The translations under genes were made by a program, and so were the position numbers. From positions 1-45,169 of the forward strand of contig JBFLZX010000006.1 of assembly GCA_040756075.1 (NCBI GenBank): a stretch of DNA of 45,169 nucleotides, read 5' to 3'. How positions within the stretch are numbered: the stretch's first letter is position 1; every line of letters starts with the position of its first letter. The stretch comes from Patescibacteria group bacterium (GTDB taxonomy: Bacteria > Patescibacteriota > JABMPQ01 > JBFLZX01). The notes under the pieces were generated by a model that was given only the letters and a program-made list of their open reading frames with translations, ran no database searches and had not been told where the DNA came from. Below, piece by piece: positions 34,801-42,505 of this stretch.

Positions 34801-37095
34801 TCACTTCAACACCGTAAACCCATTTTTTAATGTCGCTTTCTGACCATCAACATTTTTTACCATTACATCATAAGACCCTGGCGAAAGTTTTCTAAAATCA
34901 AATTTTATTGTTATTTCTTTTGAAGAATTAACATAAGTTTTTACTGCTTCTATTCCTCCGATATACCCTTTTGCGCCGTAACGAAAATGATCTCCTTTAA
35001 TGTAGAGCATAATATAATCATAGCTTCCTGTTTTATATTTATTATCCGGGCCAACAAGATAAACTTTTGGCGCCGGATTTGTGTATGGCGCTTTTCCTTT
35101 AATTGAAATTAAACGAATCACATCATTCCAAGTATCAGCAACAAAAAGTCTGCCGCGCTTTGTGTCTGGCAAAAGACCTTTTGGATTATCAAATTTTGCT
35201 GTCTTGTTTTTGCCATTTCGATAGCCGCGAAAGCCCGAACCAGCAACAAGTTTGACTTCTAAAGTCTTTGGATTTAAAACTCTTACTCTTTCTCCGCCGA
35301 CTTCCGTAATATAAAGCTGACCATTTTCTCCCATTTTTATATATTCTGGATAAGAAAAGCACGCGGTTTTGCCAATTCCTTCTAAATAACCTGCTTTGCC
35401 GCAACCAGCAACTGTTGTCACGCTTTTTGTTTTAAGATTAAGTTTGCGGATTGCATGATTATCTCGGTCAGCAATGTATAAATTTTTCTTTTCTTTATCT
35501 AAAGTAATTCCAAAGGGACTATAAAATGCCGCCGCCTTGCGTTTGCCATCTTTAAAACCAACTTCTCCTGATCCAGCAAGCAACCAGGTTTTTCCATTGG
35601 AAATTCTCACTTTTCTAATTCTTTGATTGGCAGTGTCAGAAACATACAAAAATTTATTCTTTTTTGAAATTGCAATGCCTGATGGTAAATTAAATCTTGC
35701 CCTATTTCTCTTTCCTTCTTTATATCCATTCACCGGTCCTGTAACAGTATGACTGCCTGAACCAGAAACAAGCGAAGTAGTTAATGTTTTTAAATTTATT
35801 TTTCGGATTCGGTTATTCCAATGATCAGTGATGTAAATATTTTTCCCCTTTGAATCTAAAGCTAAAGAAGAAATAAAACTGAAATATGCTTCATTGCGAT
35901 CACCTTCGACATACATATCAACACTATTGCCAATTAACCACGAAACTTTACCTTTTTTATAATTTATTTTCCTTATTTTATTATTTTCTGCCAGATAAAT
36001 AAATTTTTTCGAAGGGCTGAAAACCATATCATACGGACGGCCCAACATTGCTTTCTTTTTTGAACCATCAGTATTGCCAAATCTTTCTTTGCCAACAACA
36101 AGCTCGGCAGTTCCTAATTCTTTTGTGCCTCGAATACGATAATAACGATGAATTGTCCCAATGCCTGAATTTGCAACATAAATATAATCACCGTATAAGG
36201 AGATGCCTTTAGGAAAATTGATTGTTGCCATTACTTTATCAATTGAAACTAAAGAAGTTTCATTGTTTGATAAATTAATTGCCCGCACCATATCAGTAAA
36301 ACCATCTCCGTCTGTTACAAATAAAGTATTTTGTTTAGAGTCCAAAACTACGCCGACAATATTTCTAAATTTTGCTCCACTTCCTATGCCTTCTTTATAG
36401 CCTGCGCTGCCAGAACCAGCAACTAAAGAAACTTCGCCTGATGCAATATTTATTTTTATAACTCGATATCTTCCTGCTTCAACTACATAAAGATTTTGAC
36501 CAGTTAAGTCAACGGCTAATTTTCTTGGAGAAAGAATTCCTGAAGATAAAATTTCTTCTTGTCCTCCACTTGTAGAAATCTTTTTAATCATATTATGACC
36601 AGTGTCTGAAAAATAAAGAGTGTTGCCAAAAACTGCTAATCCTTGTGGATCTTTTAATCCTTCAATAAGTGTTGTTACTTTGCCTCCAGAAATCTTTTTT
36701 ATTTTTTGATTATCAGTGTCCGCAACAAAAACCTCGCTCTTAGAACTTGCGGCAATCCCTTTTGGTTGAGCAAAATCGGCTAATTTTGCCTTACCTGCCC
36801 CATCTCCATAAGAACCAGTGCCTGCTAAAGTAGAAATTTTTCCATTTTCTACCTTACGAATTACATTATTCATCGTATCGGCAATATACATTCTTCCCTG
36901 TGAATCAAAAGTTACGTCTTCCGGAAAATCCAAATATGCTTGTTTTGGATCTCCTCCATCGCCAGCATAAGGCCGGGACAGCCAAGTTGTGGTGTCGCCG
37001 TAAGCGGCGAAAGTAGTGCTAAAAAGCATTAACCCAAAAACAACCGCAACTAGCACTAAAAATGTTTGTTTTGATTTCATGATCTTAATTTTCAA
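34801..37095 (-). CDS. Secreted NHL-repeat (beta-propeller) protein with C-terminal IPT/TIG-like domain
   Basis: Signal peptide; about 12 repeats of P.G/D...YIADT.N..IRK, several with AGSG..GY.EG linkers; PGSYDVMVKNVDG. Confidence 0.88.
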   Translation of the reverse strand: MKIKIMKSKQTFLVLVAVVFGLMLFSTTFAAYGDTTTWLSRPYAGDGGDPKQAYLDFPEDVTFDSQGRMYIADTMNNVIRKVENGKISTLAGTGSYGDGAGKAKLADFAQPKGIAASSKSEVFVADTDNQKIKKISGGKVTTLIEGLKDPQGLAVFGNTLYFSDTGHNMIKKISTSGGQEEILSSGILSPRKLAVDLTGQNLYVVEAGRYRVIKINIASGEVSLVAGSGSAGYKEGIGSGAKFRNIVGVVLDSKQNTLFVTDGDGFTDMVRAINLSNNETSLVSIDKVMATINFPKGISLYGDYIYVANSGIGTIHRYYRIRGTKELGTAELVVGKERFGNTDGSKKKAMLGRPYDMVFSPSKKFIYLAENNKIRKINYKKGKVSWLIGNSVDMYVEGDRNEAYFSFISSLALDSKGKNIYITDHWNNRIRKINLKTLTTSLVSGSGSHTVTGPVNGYKEGKRNRARFNLPSGIAISKKNKFLYVSDTANQRIRKVRISNGKTWLLAGSGEVGFKDGKRKAAAFYSPFGITLDKEKKNLYIADRDNHAIRKLNLKTKSVTTVAGCGKAGYLEGIGKTACFSYPEYIKMGENGQLYITEVGGERVRVLNPKTLEVKLVAGSGFRGYRNGKNKTAKFDNPKGLLPDTKRGRLFVADTWNDVIRLISIKGKAPYTNPAPKVYLVGPDNKYKTGSYDYIMLYIKGDHFRYGAKGYIGGIEAVKTYVNSSKEITIKFDFRKLSPGSYDVMVKNVDGQKATLKNGFTVLK

Positions 37096-37205
37096 TTTTT
37101 AATTTCTAATTTCTAATGAATTTTTAATGACTTAATTTTAAATATTGTTTAAAAATTAATTCATTAAAAAATTGATTGAAAATTGAAAATTTGAAATTTA
37201 AAATT
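37088..37205. repeat. Inverted AT-rich heptamer array, no cargo
   Basis: aattttc aattttt aatttct aatttct aatg aattttt..., mirror attgaaa units. Confidence 0.7.
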
Positions 37206-38468
37206 TTACTTTTTCTCCTCCAGCTTCACTTTCACTGTTTTTTCTTGTCCTTTGTGCCAAATTTTCAAAGTTACTTCGTCTTCAACTTTTTGTTTTGAAA
37301 TCAATTTTGCTAAGGTATTTTTTTCATCGATTTTTTGGCCGTTAAGTTCTAAAATCAAGTCATTTTCAACAATCCCCGCTTTATCTGCTGGCGAACCAGG
37401 AACTACTGCTAATTCATCTTTATTTTCTCCGCGCAGAACTAGGACGCCATATTCATAAGGCAAATTATTTTTCTTGGCAATTTCGGAATTAACAAGCTGA
37501 TAACGCACGCCTAAAAACGGTCTTGAAATTTTTCCAGTTCGCTCGACACTTTCAATATCTGCCTTTGCCGAATTTATCGGAGTAGCAAAGCCCAAAAGCT
37601 GGCCTCCGGCATCAACTGCCGTATTTAAACCAATTACTTGACCGGCTAAATTCAAAAGCGGGCCTCCGGAATTTCCCGGATTAATTGCCGCATCAGTCTG
37701 AATCACATTTTCTAAAGTTTGATAACCAACATACGAACCGCCGGCAGTAATATTGCGGCCCAAGCCAGAAATTACGCCTTTTGTCACTGTATTTGGATAT
37801 TCACCCAAAGCATAACCAATAGCAATGACTGTCTGGCCAATCTGCAGCGAATCAGAATTACCAAGTTCCGTCGTCGGCAGATCTTTCGCCTCAATTTTTA
37901 CCAAAGCAACATCGCTTATTGAATCACTGGCTAAAACTTTTGCCGGATATTTTTTGCCGTCATTTAAAATCACTGTGTATTCTACGTTATCAAATGAGAC
38001 AACATGGGAATTTGTTAAAATTAAGCCGTCATTGCGGATAATAAATCCTGAACCGCCAGAAATTTTTTGTTGGCCACCTTCTTGATTTTGATCATTCTGA
38101 CTTTGATCTCCCTGCTCGCCAAAAAATTCTTTGAAAAAATCATCGCCAAATGGCGATTCATAAGGCATCTGATACTGTTCGTATAATTTTTTTAAATCCT
38201 GGGTTACAACAATTGAAACTACTGCCGGTTGAACTTTTTTAACCACATCAATTGTTGCTGACTCTTCTTCAACTTTTAGCGCTTGTTTTGGTGACTCATA
38301 CGGCATTTCTTTTTTAATGTATTTTTGGTAAAGCGCCTGACCAAGACCTGATGTTGTAAAACCGACAAGGCCGGAAATAATAAAGCTAACAATAACCGTA
38401 ATAATAATTACTGCCGCATAACTTGGTTTTTTTTGTTGTTGGAGTGGAATGTTTGGTTGAATGATCAT
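37206..38468 (-). CDS. HtrA/DegP-family serine protease with one PDZ domain
   Basis: N-terminal TM; catalytic triad TNSHV, SDVAL, DAAINPGNSGGPL; RPFLGV; GSPADKAG. Confidence 0.95.
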   Translation of the reverse strand: MIIQPNIPLQQQKKPSYAAVIIITVIVSFIISGLVGFTTSGLGQALYQKYIKKEMPYESPKQALKVEEESATIDVVKKVQPAVVSIVVTQDLKKLYEQYQMPYESPFGDDFFKEFFGEQGDQSQNDQNQEGGQQKISGGSGFIIRNDGLILTNSHVVSFDNVEYTVILNDGKKYPAKVLASDSISDVALVKIEAKDLPTTELGNSDSLQIGQTVIAIGYALGEYPNTVTKGVISGLGRNITAGGSYVGYQTLENVIQTDAAINPGNSGGPLLNLAGQVIGLNTAVDAGGQLLGFATPINSAKADIESVERTGKISRPFLGVRYQLVNSEIAKKNNLPYEYGVLVLRGENKDELAVVPGSPADKAGIVENDLILELNGQKIDEKNTLAKLISKQKVEDEVTLKIWHKGQEKTVKVKLEEKK

Positions 38469-38498
38469 AAATTTTGAAAATTTAAACTAATTACTAAA

Positions 38499-40589
38499 TC
38501 ATTTCTTCCCAACTGCAAAATATGTTGTTGGGGAAAAAAACTTATTAAAGAAAATTGTAAAAGTGTTTTTCTTTTTGTTGTGCCTAGCGGATAATTTCTG
38601 CCATTTTTTTATTTTTTGGTTATAGTATTTTAAAACAAGAAAGTTTTCTTTTAATTTTTTAAGTTCTTTGTCGGAATATTCAAATATTAATTTAAGATTA
38701 AATTTATCTTTTTTTGTCTTTGGTTTATATTTATTAAAATTTGTTTTAATAATCCAGTATTTCTTTAAGATAAGTTTTTTGGCCTTTTTATATTTTAGCG
38801 GATATTTTAATTTTCTTTGGATTTTAAGGTAATATTTTTTCTTTTGGAGTTTTTTAGGAAATTTTGAAAAGAGGAAATTAAAATCATTAGCATAGTAAGT
38901 TTTGTTTTTCTTGGTAATTTTCTCTTCTGTTGATTTGGCTTTTTGAAAAACAAACCTTGCTTTTTTTATTTTGTATTTTGAAGTTTTAATTTGTTCCCGA
39001 TTGCCGGAAATATCTGCCGCAAAATACTTTATCGTTATGTCGCGGGTAATTTTAAATGGCTTTGTATAGATCTTTGAAGAAGTAGTAGGGGTTAAACCAT
39101 CGATAGTGTAATAAATTTTGTCTATTCCCAAAAGAGCATCTGTGGAAGATAAAGTAATTTTTTTAATTGATTTGTATGTTCCGCCAGAAGGAGCGGCAGT
39201 GGTAGTTGGAGCAGTAGTGTCTAAAATAATCGTATCAGAAACAGTATCAGTTTCCGCGCGCCACTGATCTCTAAATTTAACATAAACAGTTTTTGTTCCA
39301 TCGCCAGAAGACAAAGTAAAGGATTTTGAAATGGCGTAAGTTTCCCAAGAAGCTCCAGAAAAATCTGAATTTTCTGAAATTAACATTTGAGCAGCATCGC
39401 CGGAAGCAGAGAGAATTAAAGTAATATTTTGGGAATTAGTGTAAGAAGCGTCAGAATTTATAGAAACAGAAGGAGAAGAAGGACCAGAAGTCTGGGCATA
39501 TTTCAAATCTCCATTGATAAAATCATAATAAACAATATGAATTCTGTTATAAGAATCAAGGGCCAAAGAAGTATAACCACCAACCCTTCCATCGCTATCT
39601 AAAATCGCGGCCTGCCAAGAATCTGAAGAATTTGTGGTGTATTTTAGATTGCCATTTGTCCAATCGTAATAACTGATAAGAACTTTATTATCCGAATTAA
39701 CGGCTACAGAATTATAATAACCATCATCTTCAGTATTATCAATTGTTTCTTTCTGCCAAGATCCAGAAGCATCAGTGGCATATTTAAGAGCAGTATTAGA
39801 CCAATCGTAATAGACAATATGGGCCCTATTATTTGAATCAAAACGAAGAAAACTTTCATCGCCGACATCTCCGCTATTATCTATTGTCGCAATTGTCCAT
39901 GTAGAATCAGAAAGATTGCTCGCATACCGAAGATTAGAAGTTTGATAATAACTAATGTGAGGTTTATTATCAGAATCCAGAGCTAAAGAAATTCGACCGT
40001 TTATATTAGCACTCTCATCAATCAAAGAAAGCGAAAAGGAACCGGAAATATTATTTGCATATTTTAAAATATGCTTTGAGCCGTCATAATTTTTATAAGC
40101 GATATGAAGTTTATCATTAGAATCAATTGCCAAGGAAGACTCCGGACCCTGCAGCTCAGGATCTATCGTCTCAATCGTCCAAGAAGAGCTATTTAAATTT
40201 TTTCTTGCTAATTTAATTTTGCTGTTTGTCCGATCGTAATAACTGATATAAATATTATTATCGCTATCCAAAACCAAAGAAGGATATTCTCCCACATAAT
40301 TTTCGCTCGCCACGGTTTCAATCTGCCAAGCCCCTGAAATATTGGTCGTGTATTTAAGATCCTTATTAGTAGAATCATGATAAGCAATATGAATATTATT
40401 ATTTGAATCTATCGCTAAAGAAGTTGTGCCGCCGACATCGCCGTTTTCATCCAATGTCGAAAATGTCCAGCCAGCCGCCTCTGTTGCGTTTGCAGCTAAA
40501 AGTAAAATAAAAATTGCTGAAAATATCAAAAGAAAAAATATTTTAATAAAATTTATTTTCTTCGTTTTGTAAAAATATCTTTTTATCAT
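38499..40589 (-). CDS. Secreted protein: propeller-like repeats, Ig/Fn3-associated domain, very Lys-rich C-terminus
   Basis: About 7 repeats of SLALDSxNxxHIxYYD...LKY; LSSGDGTKTVYVKFRD; DTTAP; IYYTIDGLTPT..S..YT.P. Confidence 0.8.
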   Translation of the reverse strand: MIKRYFYKTKKINFIKIFFLLIFSAIFILLLAANATEAAGWTFSTLDENGDVGGTTSLAIDSNNNIHIAYHDSTNKDLKYTTNISGAWQIETVASENYVGEYPSLVLDSDNNIYISYYDRTNSKIKLARKNLNSSSWTIETIDPELQGPESSLAIDSNDKLHIAYKNYDGSKHILKYANNISGSFSLSLIDESANINGRISLALDSDNKPHISYYQTSNLRYASNLSDSTWTIATIDNSGDVGDESFLRFDSNNRAHIVYYDWSNTALKYATDASGSWQKETIDNTEDDGYYNSVAVNSDNKVLISYYDWTNGNLKYTTNSSDSWQAAILDSDGRVGGYTSLALDSYNRIHIVYYDFINGDLKYAQTSGPSSPSVSINSDASYTNSQNITLILSASGDAAQMLISENSDFSGASWETYAISKSFTLSSGDGTKTVYVKFRDQWRAETDTVSDTIILDTTAPTTTAAPSGGTYKSIKKITLSSTDALLGIDKIYYTIDGLTPTTSSKIYTKPFKITRDITIKYFAADISGNREQIKTSKYKIKKARFVFQKAKSTEEKITKKNKTYYANDFNFLFSKFPKKLQKKKYYLKIQRKLKYPLKYKKAKKLILKKYWIIKTNFNKYKPKTKKDKFNLKLIFEYSDKELKKLKENFLVLKYYNQKIKKWQKLSARHNKKKNTFTIFFNKFFSPTTYFAVGKK

Positions 40590-40592
40590 AAT

Positions 40593-42011
40593 TTAATTTT
40601 TATCAGCAGCTTCATACGCCCACGCTCCTTCAAGCAGCTTTTTTTCATTATAATAATCTCCAATAATTTGTAAACCAACGGGTAATTTGCCAATAAAGCC
40701 GCAAGGCAAAGACAGGGCAGGCAAACCAGCAATATTTACTGGCACAGTTAAAATATCGCTCATATACATTGCTAGCGGATCCTGAATTTTCTCGCCTAAT
40801 TTAAAAGCAACGGTTGGGGTGGTAGGCGTAACTAATAAATCAAACTTCTCAAAAGCTTTCTTAAAATCTTCAATAACTTTTGTTCTTACTTTTTGGGCTT
40901 TTTTATAATAAGCATCATAATAGCCGGCGGACAAAGCATAAGTACCAAGCATAATTCTTCGTTTTACTTCTGGGCCAAAGCCCGATGCTCTGCTTTCTAA
41001 ATACGTATCCAAAAGATTTTTTGGTGCATTGACAGAATAACCATAACGAATTCCATCGTATCGCGCTAAATTCGCGCAAGCCTCTGAAGGCAAAATAATA
41101 TAGTAACAAGCTAAGGCATACTTTGTATGAGGCAAACTTACTTCATCAACTTTTGCTCCTAAGTCTTCCATTTTTTTTATTGCTGCCTTAACTTTTTCTT
41201 TGATTTTTTTATCAACTCCCTGCTCAAAATATTCTTTTGGCACGCCAATCTTTAAATCTTTTAAGCCTGGAGAAAAAAGCGGACCAAAATTTTCCATACT
41301 TTCTGTTAATGAAGTAGAATCTTTTTCGTCAAAACCGCCAATAGCGGCAAAAACCATTGCTGCATCTTCCACTGATGAAGTCAATGGCCCAATTTGGTCT
41401 AAAGAAGAAGCTAAAGCGACAAGTCCATATCTTGAAACCCGGCCATAGGTTGGTTTGAAGCCAACCACCCCGCAAAAAGCAGCTGGCTGACGAATTGAGC
41501 CGCCAGTGTCTGAACCTAAGGAAAAAACGCACTGCCCGCTCGCCACTGCCGCGGCTGAGCCGCCTGACGAACCGCCAGGTACTCGTTCTGAATCATGTGG
41601 ATTTCTTGTCTTTTTAAAAGCAGAGGTTTCGCATGAAGATCCCATAGCAAACTCATCCATATTTGTCTTGCCTAAGCACACCGCGCCAGCGTTATTTAAT
41701 TTCTCGATAACTACAGCATCATATGGCGCGAGATAATTTTCCAAAATTTTTGAACCGCAAGTCGAGCGCTCCCCCTCAATCAAAATATTATCCTTGCACG
41801 CATAAGGAATTCCTTCTAAAAAATTGATTTTTTTGCCAGCCTGAATTTTTTTATCAACTTCTTCTGCTTGTGCGAGTGCTTTTTTCTCAAAAACAGATAA
41901 ATATGCGCCGATTTTATCATCAGTTTTTTTAATTTTACCCAAATATTGGCCAACTAATTCTTTGGCAGAAATTTCTTTATTAACTAATTTTTGATGCAAG
42001 TCGCGAAGCAT
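40593..42011 (-). CDS. gatA: Asp/Glu-tRNA amidotransferase subunit A
   Basis: KDNI, GKTNMDEFAMGSS, PGGSSGGSAAAV, GSDTGGSIRQPA, NLARYDG, EVKRRIMLG; ATG at 42011 (the upstream extension is repeat-derived). Confidence 0.97.
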   Translation of the reverse strand: MLRDLHQKLVNKEISAKELVGQYLGKIKKTDDKIGAYLSVFEKKALAQAEEVDKKIQAGKKINFLEGIPYACKDNILIEGERSTCGSKILENYLAPYDAVVIEKLNNAGAVCLGKTNMDEFAMGSSCETSAFKKTRNPHDSERVPGGSSGGSAAAVASGQCVFSLGSDTGGSIRQPAAFCGVVGFKPTYGRVSRYGLVALASSLDQIGPLTSSVEDAAMVFAAIGGFDEKDSTSLTESMENFGPLFSPGLKDLKIGVPKEYFEQGVDKKIKEKVKAAIKKMEDLGAKVDEVSLPHTKYALACYYIILPSEACANLARYDGIRYGYSVNAPKNLLDTYLESRASGFGPEVKRRIMLGTYALSAGYYDAYYKKAQKVRTKVIEDFKKAFEKFDLLVTPTTPTVAFKLGEKIQDPLAMYMSDILTVPVNIAGLPALSLPCGFIGKLPVGLQIIGDYYNEKKLLEGAWAYEAADKN

Positions 42012-42017
42012 AATATT

Positions 42018-42113
42018 AATTTTCAATTTTAAATTTTCAATTTTCAATAAATTTTCAATGATTAAATTTTTAATTATTTAAACATTTATAAATTTAAAAT
42101 TCATTTAAAATTT
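42018..42113. repeat. Inverted AT-rich heptamer array between gatC and gatA
   Basis: aattttc aatttta aattttc aattttc aata aattttc aatgatt..., mirror atttaaa units. Confidence 0.7.
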
Positions 42114-42397
42114 CATTCGAGGACTGCCTTTACTTTCCAAAAATTTCCTTCTCTTTTTGGCGCCTGAGATAATATTTTTTCACTTCCTTTAAACTTTTTA
42201 ACTTTATCTTGCCGGCCAGAATTGACGACACCAATAATATGGTGGGTTGGCGCTATATCTTGAGTATTCACCTCCTTTAGCTCTCCAACATAATCTAAAA
42301 TTTTAACCAACTGCTTGGTGTAAAGTTCTTTTTCTTCTTCAGAAATTTTTATTCTTGCTAATTTGGCGATATGTTCAACTTCAGATTTGGTAATCAT
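42113..42397 (-). CDS. gatC: Asp/Glu-tRNA amidotransferase subunit C
   Basis: ITKSEVEHIAKLARI...ILDYVGELKEVNT...AP; upstream of gatA. Confidence 0.93.
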   Translation of the reverse strand: MITKSEVEHIAKLARIKISEEEKELYTKQLVKILDYVGELKEVNTQDIAPTHHIIGVVNSGRQDKVKKFKGSEKILSQAPKREGNFWKVKAVLE

Positions 42398-42404
42398 AAA
42401 CAAA

Positions 42405-42476
42405 GTTGTTATCTTGCTATCTTGTTAGCTTGCTTATAAAATAATAAAACAAGATAGCAATCAGCAAGATAGCAAT
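42405..42476. repeat. Inverted 8-mer array (TTGCTATC / GATAGCAA)
   Basis: ttgttatc ttgctatc ttgttagc ttgc ... caagatag caatcag caagatag caa. Confidence 0.7.
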
Positions 42477-42505
42477 TTATTTTATCTTACCACAAAATAA
42501 AAATT

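Noticed and set aside
18968-42047. N-terminal extensions in the ORF track for the baseplate-like gene, thrS and gatA
   Set aside because: The extensions are read through repeat arms; downstream ATGs (19016, 20292, 42011) fit better.
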